The notes under the pieces are model-generated. The model was not told the DNA's origin. It was given only the letters and a program-made list of their open reading frames with translations, and made no database searches. Position numbers and translations under genes: made by a program. This document shows, piece by piece, positions 32,566 through 44,206 of a stretch of DNA of 64,000 bases (position 1 is the first letter of the stretch; every line of letters starts with the position of its first letter). The stretch is from Rhizaria sp. SCN 62-66 (taxonomy: Eukaryota): contig MEDY01000044.1 of assembly GCA_001724265.1 (NCBI GenBank), positions 62,001 through 126,000 of the forward strand, in the 5' to 3' direction.

Positions 32566-34851
32566 ATGAGCGCCCCTCGCTTGAACAAGCTCAAACTGCT
32601 TCAGAAGCTCTCCAAGGGCGATGTCGTGATCGAGAACCCGCAGAGCGACGCCGCGGCCAACGCGCAGCCGCAGGTGTTCAAGATGGTGCGCCACATTGAC
32701 ATCCCGGCCGTGGAGACAAAGCCCGCGCCCGTGCCGGTGCCCGTGCTGGCGACCACGCCCGCCATCGCGCCCTCGACCGCCGCCGCAAAGACGGTCCCGA
32801 TGAAGCCCGCGACGGCCGTGGCGCCCGCCAAGGTCGCCACCGCCGTCCCCGCGCCCGCGCCCGTCGAGCACGTGCCCGTCAAGCCCGCTGCGAAGCCCTC
32901 CGCGAAGCCCGCCGCTGCCGCTGCTCCTGTTGCTCCTGCTCCTGCTCCTGCTCCGACGGCTGCTGCGACGGCGACGGCGACGGCGACGGCGACCAAGACG
33001 GACGCTGCTGCTAACAACAACAACAAGCAGGCTCCCGCTGCTAAGCCTGCTGCTGCTGAGAAACCCACAGCGGCTGCTAAGCCTGCCGCTACTGAGAAGC
33101 CTGCAGCTAAGCCTGCTGTTGCGCCTGCGCCTGCACCTGCGCCTGCCGCTGCTAAGCCCACTGCCGCAGCTGCTGTTGCGAATGCTTCTGCTGCCACCGC
33201 TGCGAAGGCATCCGCTGCCAACGATTTCCCCAACAAGCCACGCAACAACAACAACAACACACACAACACACAGAACACACAGGCGGCGGCGAAACACCAG
33301 AAGCACGCTCACGCCAAGGGCTCCACCGCGGGAGCCAATGGTGCCCCCGGTGGCAAGGGAGCTAAGGGGGCCGCCGAGTGGGAGCCTGCGTCGTACGTGG
33401 AATACTACGACGAGGAGCCCGAGCAGGACAAGGACACGTGGCTGCGTGTTACCCACAATGGCGGCAAGACGACCACGCGCGAGGTGCCCGCACCCCGCGG
33501 CCTCAACAAGGTTCACAGCAACAACAAGCACGGTAACAGTAGCAACAAGGATCACAGTGGGAGTAAGGACAATAAGCACAACAACAACAGCAGCACCAAG
33601 CCCGCCGCTGCTGCTGCTAAGAGCTACACGACCACACAGAAGACTGCGGCTGCGGCCCCCAAGCAGCACATCCCCGCCCCGGCCCCTCTGGCCGACACCG
33701 CAGATGCTGAGGCCGAGGCTGAGGCTGTGAAGCCCGTGGCCGGCCCGCCCCGTGCGCTCTACTCCTCAGTCATCCCTCGCGACGTCCCCGTCGCCGCTGC
33801 TGCCCTTGCTGCCGCCCCCGCCGCTGCTAAGGGGAAGCCCCCTGCCGCCGCCACCGCTGCCGCAAAGGACAAGGTTAAGCCCGAGACCACTGGGACTGCT
33901 GAGACTGAGACTGCTGCTGCCCCCGCCGTCCCTCTGCCGGTGGGCCCGCTCGGCGCGCGCGCGTCGGCGCTCAGCGCGCTGCTGTCGGCGCCCGCCTCGG
34001 AGCGCCAGCAGAGTTTCGCCGAGCTGGTGAGCCTGAACCAGGCGCAGGCGGCGGCTGCTCTGTCGGCCGCCGCGGCCGACACGCTCGAGGGCGAGGTGGA
34101 CGAGTTTGAGGGCGCACTGGGTCCCGCGGCCTTTGCGGCGCTCTCGCAGCAGGTGCCCGAGGCCGCGCTCGACGCCGAGACGCGCCGCCGGGCCGCGGCC
34201 GCCGTTGTCCGCATCGCGCACGAGGGCGGCGGCGCGCTGCCCGGCACGCACGGCCGCGTGTTCCTTGCCGCCGCGCTCTCGGGCGCCGCTGTGCGCGCCG
34301 CGCGTGACGTCACGCGCGCGCAGCGGCTGCAGGAGCTGGCCGAGGAGCGCCAGGCCGCTGCCGAGGCCGCCGCGCGCGCCGCCGCCGCCCGCGCGCGCGG
34401 TGACAGCGCCCGCGAGCAACAGAGCGCGGCCGAGGCCGAGGCCATGATGCGGCGCTCCGAGGCGCTGGCGCTGGCGTTGGCGGCGGCGGACGCGGATGGG
34501 TCGGACGTGGCGGACATCGAGGACGACGAGGAGGCGTGGGCCGAGCAGGGCCGGCCGCTGGCGCTGGCCAAGTCGGCCGAGTTCCAGGAGAAGCGGGCCT
34601 TCCTGGCGCGGCGCGACGCCGTCCGTGCGCTCAAGCGCGCGCGTGAGACCGGGGAGCCCGTGGCGCCGATCATTGAGCGGTACGCCGTGGTGCTGGGGCT
34701 GCAGTCTGCGGACCAGCGCAAGGCCGACGAGCTGGCCGCTGAGGCCAAGCGGCTCGACGCCGTGGAGCGCAGCCAGAAGGCGCAGCTCGCGGCCAAGATG
34801 GCCACCAACGCCTACGCCGCGCTCATGGACGATGACGCGGCGCAGAACTAA
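32566..34851 (+). CDS. Ala/Pro/Lys-rich protein with C-terminal helical/coiled-coil region, unknown function, 761 aa
   Basis: Long ORF with strong GC3 codon bias. ATG at 32566 lies 21 nt after a pyrimidine tract and CAG. Stop TAA is followed by a T-rich 3' region. Confidence 0.82.
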   Translation: MSAPRLNKLKLLQKLSKGDVVIENPQSDAAANAQPQVFKMVRHIDIPAVETKPAPVPVPVLATTPAIAPSTAAAKTVPMKPATAVAPAKVATAVPAPAPVEHVPVKPAAKPSAKPAAAAAPVAPAPAPAPTAAATATATATATKTDAAANNNNKQAPAAKPAAAEKPTAAAKPAATEKPAAKPAVAPAPAPAPAAAKPTAAAAVANASAATAAKASAANDFPNKPRNNNNNTHNTQNTQAAAKHQKHAHAKGSTAGANGAPGGKGAKGAAEWEPASYVEYYDEEPEQDKDTWLRVTHNGGKTTTREVPAPRGLNKVHSNNKHGNSSNKDHSGSKDNKHNNNSSTKPAAAAAKSYTTTQKTAAAAPKQHIPAPAPLADTADAEAEAEAVKPVAGPPRALYSSVIPRDVPVAAAALAAAPAAAKGKPPAAATAAAKDKVKPETTGTAETETAAAPAVPLPVGPLGARASALSALLSAPASERQQSFAELVSLNQAQAAAALSAAAADTLEGEVDEFEGALGPAAFAALSQQVPEAALDAETRRRAAAAVVRIAHEGGGALPGTHGRVFLAAALSGAAVRAARDVTRAQRLQELAEERQAAAEAAARAAAARARGDSAREQQSAAEAEAMMRRSEALALALAAADADGSDVADIEDDEEAWAEQGRPLALAKSAEFQEKRAFLARRDAVRALKRARETGEPVAPIIERYAVVLGLQSADQRKADELAAEAKRLDAVERSQKAQLAAKMATNAYAALMDDDAAQN

Positions 34852-35378
34852 GCGCAGGTCGCTGTGCCAGGCGAGTGCGAGTGCGAGCGCTCGTGCGAAG
34901 CTAAGTTAAGTTGCTGTTGCTATGTAGTCATTTTTTTTTCCCTTTCTTGTTGATGTTCGTTTGTTCTGTAAGTTTTGTTGTACATATAGGTTTTAGATGT
35001 GTTTGAGTGCAGCAGAGATGCTGCGAAGTATACAAAATCGTAAAATTCTATGACGCTAGTCTCAGCTAGGGGAGTATATCACGCTGAAATATGAAGATAT
35101 GGCGAATCGTGAGATGTTGGACGCTTGACTAGTGACCGGTCATAGCGGAGATTTTGGTCGAACTTTTTACCGCAATCTCATCGTCAACATAATCTTATGT
35201 TGCATTAAAGCGTTTAAAGTTGAATTTCTCTTTATTTCTTGAAATTTCGCAACAAAATTATTACACTGGCTTCTGAAAACACAAGAACTGTTTCCCGCTT
35301 CCAAGGTCAAATCTCACCTAGATTATTTTCCTCGTTCTTCGACTGTTTGTCTGCCCAGACTTCTTGTCGACTTGAATC

Positions 35379-38252
35379 ATGGACCTGTAGACGTGCGCCA
35401 TTATGCCTAGATATGTGGTCAACAATTACATGGCCGCCCACTTCGCCCTTCAAAATGTCATCTCGAAATCCATCTCGCTCTCTCCTTGTATGGGGACGCT
35501 CGTGGCACTCGCAGAGAACTTACGCAACATCCTTCCGGCCTGGTCACCACACGATCTTCCTTCGCTTTTTGACACCATTCAAGACCGAGGCTTGCTTGAG
35601 TTTCTCTCAATGCTGTTTGATATCACCGCTGATAGCAGCAGCGACATCGTTGACGAGCGCCGTAAGCTTGTCTTCGGTATCTTCAGGAATCTCGCCCAAA
35701 CTCTCTATACACACGCCGCCAGTCGTGCAGTTCTCATGAACCGCAACACCGTTGGGCGGTTTTTCACTGCTACTTTGGTGGGAGGTAGCACAGCAGGAAC
35801 CTTGAAAACACTGGGTGCACTTCTCAGCTTCAGCGCTACAGTCTCGATTCCGCTCTCTGCGATGGCCTCAACACTCAGGTTCCTCTCAGTGACCCTACAA
35901 AATGATATCCTGCCCGTGCTGCTCACGGTCAAGGACCGGAGCGATCTTGAAGTGATGAAGGGTGAGTGGGCTTGGGCGTTTACTGGATTCTTGACTGCAT
36001 GTGATGCTGTTGCCAAGTTCTACAACTGGCCTCCGCCTCTGCCGCCCTTCAGTGCGGGAGCGGACATCATTGCTCCTCTACAGAGCGTCCTGTCGGACTT
36101 TCCGTCAACGACGGCGAAACATCATATTCAGATGCGCAAATTTGCACTTAAGGCGCTTTCGCGCATTCTGGCCTGTACTAGTGATATTGACAGCAACAGC
36201 AGCTTATGCAACAACGACGGCAACGACGGCCGCAGCGACAGCCATCATATGAGTGACACCCACCTGCGCAATGCTGCCGCCCAAGCACTTGTACTTAGCC
36301 CTGAGCTATCCAACTTGACAATGCTTATTCATGCCGAAAGTGATTTTGATCAAGTCCACCTTTTCCGTCTCTTGGCACGCTGCTTCGCTGTTCTCAACGA
36401 CGATGAAGTCTTGCGTGTGTTCACCGAAAATGACTTTAAGTATCTATCTGGACAGATCATGAACATTGAGGCGGTATGTGATGCTCTTCGCATGCCTCTG
36501 TTAAAAGTGACTGCGCGCTTGCTGGAAGCACGTCACGCTGGTACCATCACGCTTCTCCGTAAAGCTCCTTTAAAGTGGATGAGTCCTCTCTTCAACTTGC
36601 TCTTTCTCTACCGTGCCAATTCGCTCGATCCTGTATTTCATGGTGCGGCATCCAGCTTTGCGTATCTGTTCGACGCACTGCTCGCCAGCGCTGCGCCTGT
36701 CGACCTTGTGTCCACTGCGCTGCGGCTGAACGAGGCCGGCGCGGTCCGGTTCTGCACGCGCACGCTGATGACGGCCGCGCTCTGGGGCGACGGGCGGGGC
36801 GACAAGTACAACTACACAACCGGCATCATCGCTCATCCCAACGTCGCTGGTGCGCTTGGTGCTGGTGGAGGCGGCAGCGACGGTGAAAGTCGCATCAACG
36901 AGTGTCCCGCGCTGGGTGGTCTCGCAGTCAGCGGCACCACGGTAGCGAGGCTACTTCGTGTCTTGCGCGGCATTATTGTTGCCTACGACAATCTGCCCGG
37001 TGCCGAACCTATCAGCCGTTTAGCTGATGGAACTCCGCAGCCTAACAGCTCTGTGGCCGACTTCAGCATGTATCGCGGCCTGCAAACCCTCGAACTGCTG
37101 CGCTTTGCCGACTGCATGCGCGAAGACGGCCCCGCACTCTCCGAGCTCAAGCTTTTGCGCGCGCTGCTTGAGCGCATGTCCGTGCTTCAGCCTCCAACGA
37201 AGGTGGAAACAGACGATGATATCGCGGGGTTTATGCAAGCCGCTATTGATGCGCGTACGTTTGCGCGGTCGTTTGATGGCAAGGGTGGTTGGCCGGCTGC
37301 ATTCGACTTGCACATCGCATGCACTCTGGAAGAGAGCGGCTACCCGCGGCGTCTCAAGACCAGCCCTAAGTCCACAAACTTCGAGCCTGTGGCTGCACCG
37401 GTGCGTGGCGACAGCGGCGCTCCATCTGCAGCTGCCTTGGCGCTGCTGCAGATGAAGGCGCGCGAGCTTCTACGCATGGTGAATGACTTAATCTTTCGAG
37501 TTGCCGTAAAGCCCTTGGAAAACGTGGCCATGATCGCAAGTTTTGGCCTGCCGTCGACGCAAGGCGTGCCGCAAAAGGAGACTTTCAGGTTGGTCATTGA
37601 GCTGAACGACTGCACGCTGCCGACCCACGCGGCGCATTTTCGCGCCGCAGCGAAGATTGGTGCTTTAGGCCAACGCCTCCATCGTTGCTTCACGCTGTGC
37701 CCATCATCATTGTCACCGCCGGCAACGCTGCCTTACGTGACACTGTACAACAACTTGAGCAACTGTTACTGTGTCACGTCACCGATTTCACTGCCCAGTA
37801 CCGACATCGTCTATGGCGAGTACACTGCGCCCGCAACGGCGGCGGATGGCTCTGATGCGGCGACGTATGCGGCGGGCACTGTGCTGTACTATCCTCGCTC
37901 AATGGTTGCGCCCGTCGATAGCCCTGTCACAAAGAGCAGCGATACCCCGTGGTTCATTGTCATCAAGCCATGCGACAACGCGCGTCTCCGTGGAGCGGTG
38001 CCCGTGGGGCGCGTGGTGGTCTGCAGTGCAGGCGTGGACAAAGTTGATGTTGGGGAGCAGCTCTTTGACGCAGAGTCGAATCTCTTTTTCCAGCGGCTTT
38101 GTGGTGGCGACACCAACGTTGGTATCAACGGATGCGGTGTGAACGCGTATCTCCAAACTGAGGAAGCGTATAATTTGACATGCCGGAAGCTGCCAAGCAA
38201 AGATCCTCCGAGCAAGACAAGCTATTCCGGGTTTCAGCTTTCAAAAAGGTAA
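35379..38252 (+). CDS. Helical (ARM/HEAT-like) protein with C-terminal degenerate cyclophilin-like domain; 949 aa from ATG 35403, or 957 aa from ATG 35379 if TAG 35388 is sense
   Basis: Single long ORF with Leu-rich helical N-terminal two-thirds. The C-terminal RLVIELNDCTLPTHAAHFRA, IVYGE, WFIVIKPC..LRGAVPVGRVV and VGINGCG follow the order of cyclophilin motifs. Stop TAA. Confidence 0.7.
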
Positions 38253-38396
38253 TTGAATGCCTGAAAATGACGAACAACAGGCTAAAACCATCACTTTTTT
38301 ATTGTATGAATTTGACCAACCAAATTTGATTTGCTCGATATGCTTATTGTGCATAATACAATATTATTTATTACTTAAAAGATACAAAAATCCATT

Positions 38397-41300
38397 TCAC
38401 AACATTTTAGAAAGCTCGTGTAGCCGCGCGAGACTGTCCGGCAATGCGCATAGCCCGTCAGGCAGCCGCCCCCCGTTAACAACACGATTCGCACTCCTTT
38501 TCTTTCTCGAATCACCTTCCTTCGCATTTTCAACCGTTTTTCCGTCACTGTTTTCATTGTTAATCAGACTTGACTGCTCGAGCGCTGCAGCAACCTGCGT
38601 CAACGCGTCTTTATCATCATCATCGCCCACAATGGCCGCCACGCGTCGAATCGCGGCAACTGTCTCCCGGTGGGTCCGCACTTCCGCTGCGCGCTTGATT
38701 TGGATTTCACGACAGTCACATGGCGGGGCGCTAAATAGCCCCCAGCTCGCAATGGCGCTGGCGTGCTTGTCATCGTCTGACAGCGCGGGCAGCAACGTGT
38801 GCGCGAGCCGGCGAACAACAAACTGCAACATGCGGCAAATACAGATTGGATAGACAGTTTGGGTTGATGATTGTGCTAATGACATCAAGGACGGCAAACG
38901 TAGCTGTGTCTTGGACTGGGATTGCTCAGATAGCGACCGCGCGCGAGCGTCAACATCTGCGCGTTGTTGCTGCTTAAAGGTGGCCAAGGCATGACGTGCA
39001 TCTCCTTCACTGTCGCCACTGTTAATCTTGTTTCTGTTATCGATGAGTTGAGTTCCTTGACGCAGCGGTGTTGGCGCCTCACCCAGAGTGATTGAGTGGC
39101 AGACGCGCATCCGCGTTTGCTGAATCAGCCACTCCCGAAGTGTAAACCGCGCATATGATGGCAGCGACATGAACAAGTGCGCGTAACAAAAACCGCGCGC
39201 GACTGCGTAGCAGCTTGCAGCCTGCAAAGAACGCAGGCGGTGTTCCTTCAGGTACGCCGCCACAAGCTCGAACACAAGTGAGACCGCAAAAGCCTGCAAC
39301 GGTGGGCCCTTGCAGCCCACGACTGTGAGCGTGCCCAGTAAGGCGTCGAGCAAGCGATGTTGCGGTGTGAGACGGGATGGGTCGCCACGGAGAGAAAGCA
39401 AGAAAGAGTTACTATGAGCGCCATTACTTGGACCTGAGTGACCGCTTTTAACGTCGATGTCGCTCGAATTAGCGTTTGCACTTGGGCGAGGAAAAAAGCC
39501 ACACATGCAGTTCTTGGCGCGTAAAACGCGCTTCTCCCGGCGAGACTCAGCTGATCCTTGATTAACTGTTGAATCATGACTGTCGTACACAGATTTTTTG
39601 TTAATTGGAGCCGCTGGCGCACGTGCATTAACTGAGGGAAAGCAATTCTTCTGTTCATCTTCGTCGTCAACAACTGTTGCAGCACAAATGCTGCTCTCAG
39701 CACTAGCATGGGGCGTTGCTGGTGTCACTGTAACTTGAACACTCGCACTGCTCAGAACAGACGCTGTGGCACTGCGCACAGTTTTGATTGGACTGACCCG
39801 TAATTGGCTCGTGTTAGTGCTAGTGGTATTTGTGTTTGTGCTTGGTTGCAATGTTGTTGTAGCTAAAGAAGTTGAAGGAAGGATGCAATGATTCTCGCAA
39901 TATGTATCCTCTGCTTCGTACACAAACCTGTATATTGACCGCCACGAAGCAAGTGCGGTGACATACCAACCTGCTGACTGAGGGGAGGGCAAAGGCGCAT
40001 ACACAGTTGCAAAGTCATCAGGCTCGCTAGCAACATCCTCTGGTAGTTGACTGACACCATCAGCAGTTGAAGAAGTCACAATAGTGTTGCTCTTATCACT
40101 GTGGCAGCCGTGACGTTGATCAGTGTCACTTGGGGAAAAACAATTATTTTTTGTCGAAAGTGACGTCGAGTGGGTGTTTTTAGGTGTTGGGATATGATTG
40201 ATCGACCGGACGCCTGTTGTTGTCGCGGCAATAAGGCGCATGCGAGACGCCGCCGTCACAAGTGACGGGTATCTCTGACAAAAGAACTTATACCTAAGAC
40301 ATGGATAAATAAAAATATCGTTGGTTTAAAGCTAAATATAAGGTGTTTTTTTTGTTTCTCTGAAATATGAATGAACTCTAGTGTTTAAATTGTTATTTGA
40401 GTCGTACCATAGGACTTCACTGAACTTTGTGTCACCTCGTAACGCCGCGACAGCTGGATCACGCGAATCACAGTCATTACCTCCACTTGATCTTGTATCA
40501 TTTTGAGTGCCTACGTTTGTGTTTGTGTTGTTGAAGGGAGAGTCGAGACTTCCATGCAATTCAGTAAAAATACCACTAGCATGCAACAAGTGAGGGGAGT
40601 TGTGACTGTTCACGGTCACTGCGCGCTGATTACGCTCAGCTGCGCGACTACTGCTTGCAACAGCTTCTTGCTGAAAGGCATTGTGGTTAAAGCTTTTTGA
40701 GTTATTGCCTGCTTGGTTTTGGAAAGCAGCATTAGGGCCGTAAACGCGATCAGCCCAGTAGTCGATGTCTGAAGTCAACCCTGACGGCGCGGATGTGAGA
40801 CCGCCTGCCTGCTCACTTGCAGCAAAGCCACTAACAACATGCGTTGAAGCGTTTGTAACGCGTTCTGCAATTTCACTCTTCCATCCGGCTTCAAGCTCGT
40901 GTTCAGAAGCAGGGGTGCTCTTCACAGTGTCTGTGTTGATGCTAGCGAGGGTGGTTCGAGTCGTCGTGTTGTACGAAGAAGAAAGTCGGATCATTCGTTC
41001 AACTCCTCCATTCACAGCTCTGCTGTTCGAATTTGTCCCGGCTGCAGCCAGCGATGTCGCATTATTGATAATGCTACTTGCGCTCTGCCCAGCGTGAGGG
41101 ACGCTACTGGACTTGTTAAAAGTGCTACTCGCGCCAGATCTCATGCCGCACACTGCAAGTACCTTGGCCTCGACCTCAGTCGCAGTCAGCATGCGCGGGT
41201 GCGGCATTGTGTCGTAGAAGTTGTTCTCTGAAAGACGAAAGAACCGCGGCGCAGGCGGCGGGGCAAAGCGGCGCGAGACGAGCTCGAGCGTAACCAGGTC

Positions 41301-41651
41301 ACGCCACTCCAAGTAAGACGAGACGATCTGAAAGCAGCCACGGAGTGAGCCGTGGATAAGCGCGTACAGCAAGCAGCGGGGAGGAGGGCTTGAGGCATCT
41401 GTAGTAGCCGCATTGGCAGAGGACGAAAATGTTGGTGGCATTGCTGTCGAGTGAGTGCGCCCAGGAGAAAGAGCGACCTTGGTGTTGCTGGTGGGGACTA
41501 TGGGAGCGACAGATGATGCCGGGAGCGCGGACACCATGACTGTGGCAGTAGGCGGCTAAGACGCAAATATTGTTGCCTTGGTAGCTGGTGGTGATAAGAG
41601 AGTGGGAAGCTGCGCAGAGGACGCGCAAATGGGAGTCGACGTGGTGCTCAT
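38397..41651 (-). CDS. F-box-like protein; 1,008 aa from ATG 41537, or 1,046 aa from ATG 41651 via in-frame TAG 41556-41558
   Basis: Track ORFs 40332..41537 and 38397..40259 are joined by intron 40294..40407 (GTACGA...TAG), giving EVLWYKFFCQRYPSL. F-box-like LRGCFQIVSSYLEWRDLVTLELVSRRF lies near the N-terminus. Stop TGA. Confidence 0.72.
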
Positions 41652-41911
41652 GCTGTTCCAGCTCCACGCAACGGACTTGAAACTCAGACGTTTGTTTGTT
41701 GGATAAGACACGCTATGTGTTGAAAACAACTTGAATGAAATGCAATTCGGGTTTAAAATATGAGAAATGTTATGGAATTGTTTTATTCTCGCGATTATAC
41801 TACGCATTGGTGATAGACAGAGACATTTCACTTGCTAGCATAGTAGAGCCAGCTCGACAATCACTGGCGGCAAAGGAGGCACGAGCGAGCAGCAACAAAA
41901 CTTCGGACTTA

Positions 41912-41957
41912 AAAATAGCGACTGTGAACACGATAAAATAGCGACTGTGAACACGAT
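41912..41957. repeat. Perfect tandem duplication of the 23-mer AAAATAGCGACTGTGAACACGAT
   Basis: Two adjacent identical copies at 41912-41934 and 41935-41957, in the divergent intergenic region. Confidence 0.95.
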
Positions 41958-42253
41958 TACCCAGACTAGGTTGGCAAATGCAGGCAGGGCTGAACCGAGA
42001 GGGACCGTGGGCAAGTGAAAAGGTAAGACTGACTTGAAGTCGTCCGCAACAAAAGGGAAATTTAGGGTTCAAGTTCAAATATGTTATCTAAGAAATTTCA
42101 TCAATCGTGTGCGCTTTGAACAGAGATGAACTATGATGCAATAAAATGGATCTACTCTTCGCCGTGATATATCCAGTCGATTCATGCTGATCTTGCACGC
42201 TTACCCAATCCCTCTCACGACCATCACCCCGCTTTGCTCAAAGCTTAGCTAGC

Positions 42254-43579
42254 ATGAGCTTATCTGACTACAAGAGCGAGGAGTGGAGTGGCGAAGACCG
42301 TGAAGTCTTTGACAAGGCCCTTCTGCGTCTTGCTCGCATTCCGATCGAGGATCGCCGTCCGCGTAACACCACGGGCCAGGTCTTCCTCTGGAAGGAGGGC
42401 AACGTTGTTGTTGTCCGCCGCAACGAGACCCTCGACCGCGTCTTCAAGAAGCTCAGTACGTTGCTGATTCGTATTTATTAACATAAATAATGACAATTTT
42501 AACCTATAATCACTCATATTTCTTCATACCATTTCTTCTTCAAGTCGATTCTGTGCAAGATCTCTCACCTTTTCAGTTCCTACACTAGACCCACAAACCT
42601 CTCACTCTTGGCCTTTCGCTTATTCTTCCTTTTGTTTTCGATTCTCTCGCGCCTTCATACAGCTGTGGAGAACTTCCTTGCAGCCCCAGTGGTTGACGAC
42701 ACCGTCTCCGCTCAGTACTGCGGCGTCATCGACCTGCTCGACCTCGTGGTCTACACCACCGACGTCCTCTTCTCCGGCGAGACCTCGCCCGAGTGGATCG
42801 ACTTCTGGCAGCGCTCCAACAAGTTCAAGGAGACGCAGGTCTGGGAGGCAATGAAGCACGTTCGCTTGACCAACCGCGCGCGCGCCGCGGGCTCCAACGA
42901 CGTGTACCACGCGCTGGGCGACGGCTACTCGCTGCTGCACGCGTTCGAGACGCTGGCGCGCACCAATTGCCACCGGATTCCCGTCGTGAACAACAACAAC
43001 CGCATTGTGGGCATCTACACCGAGTCGATGGCGTGCTCCGACATCCGTCAGTCTCTGCACCACTTCGGCACGCTGGGAGACCTCAAGGTCAAGGACATGC
43101 GCCAGTCCGACTGCCTCTTCACCGTGCGTGAGACGGACCGCGCGATCGACGCCTTCCGCCGCATGTCCGAGCTCTCTGTGTCGGGGCTGCCCATCGTCGA
43201 TGCCGAGGGCGTGCTGACGGGCAGCATCAGCATCCGCGACCTGCGCGGCTGCGGCACCTCCGGCGAGCACTTCGCGCGCCTCTTCTGGACCGTCAAGGAC
43301 TACAAGGACCAGGCCCGCCGCGAGTTCACCAGTCAGGCGCCCCCGACGCACTGGACCACGCAGTCGCTGCCGCGCAACGCGCGCTACGTGACGCCCACGG
43401 ACACGCTCAGCGACGTCGTGCGCGCCTTCAACGACGGCAACCTGCACCGCGTCTTCGTCGTGTCGCAGGCCTCGGCCGACGCGGGCGCGCCTATCCCTGT
43501 GGCCGTCATCAGCCAGCGCGACCTCATCGCACAGGTCCTCATGAGCATCGGCACCATGAACGGCCAGTCGCTCGAGTAA
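42254..43579 (+). CDS. CBS-domain (four CBS repeats) protein, AMPK-gamma/SNF4/Sds23-like, 372 aa
   Basis: Exons 42254..42455 and 42663..43579 (GTACGT...CAG). CBS motifs ENFLAAPVVD...GVIDLLDLV, HRIPVVN...VGIYTES, SGLPIVDAEGVLTGSISIRDL and LHRVFVV...VAVISQRDLI. Stop TAA. Confidence 0.9.
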
Positions 43580-44206
43580 GCCGGCGGCGAGTGGCGGGCA
43601 GCTCCTGCAATGGTGAGTGCAAGGCAAGTGGATGTGCGAGCAAATGAATGAGCCGACGGCAACTGCTCCAGCACTGCGACGGCAACAGTATCAGTGACTG
43701 CGACTGTGCACGAGCGCATGCGTACGCACACGCTCGTCTTGCGAGACGGTGAATAACGGCCATTCAGTCTTAGCACATCTTGAGTTACTGACTAATCAGT
43801 GCTGTGGCGGCGGCGACAACGGGGTGACTGTGAGCAGAAACAAACATAGCCTTGTATCGAGTCGCCGTGCTCACAACTTCTGTGCGAGTGGCTTACACAA
43901 AAGTAAGACAAGGCTAAGATTATGAGTTATTGTAAGAAGGCAACAAAAACGTGTTTTTGATTAAGAAAAGTGTTCAGTTTTTGTTTGAGTTTGCAACGAG
44001 AAGAGGGAATACTTTGAGACTTTGAGTTCAGAGTAAGTACGGTGGCGAAAAGTAACACAGGTGGAAAATGACAACAACTAGAACACTAATACACGTTACG
44101 TTTGTGACCTTTAAGATCAGTTATCAAACGACTCCGTGCCTAAGATAAGAACATCGTGAATACAAACTGATTCCTTTGTTTATTGTGACTAAATAAAGTT
44201 CCCTCC

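Noticed and set aside
32554-34808. Long antisense ORFs (371 and 349 aa) opposite the Ala/Pro-rich gene; likewise those opposite the CBS, DAO and PUF genes
   Set aside because: They are the expected by-product of high GC3 codon bias, with no independent motifs.
40332-40334. TAG ending track ORF 40332..41537 as a real stop or another recoded codon
   Set aside because: It lies inside intron 40294..40407; splicing restores LWYKFFCQRYP.
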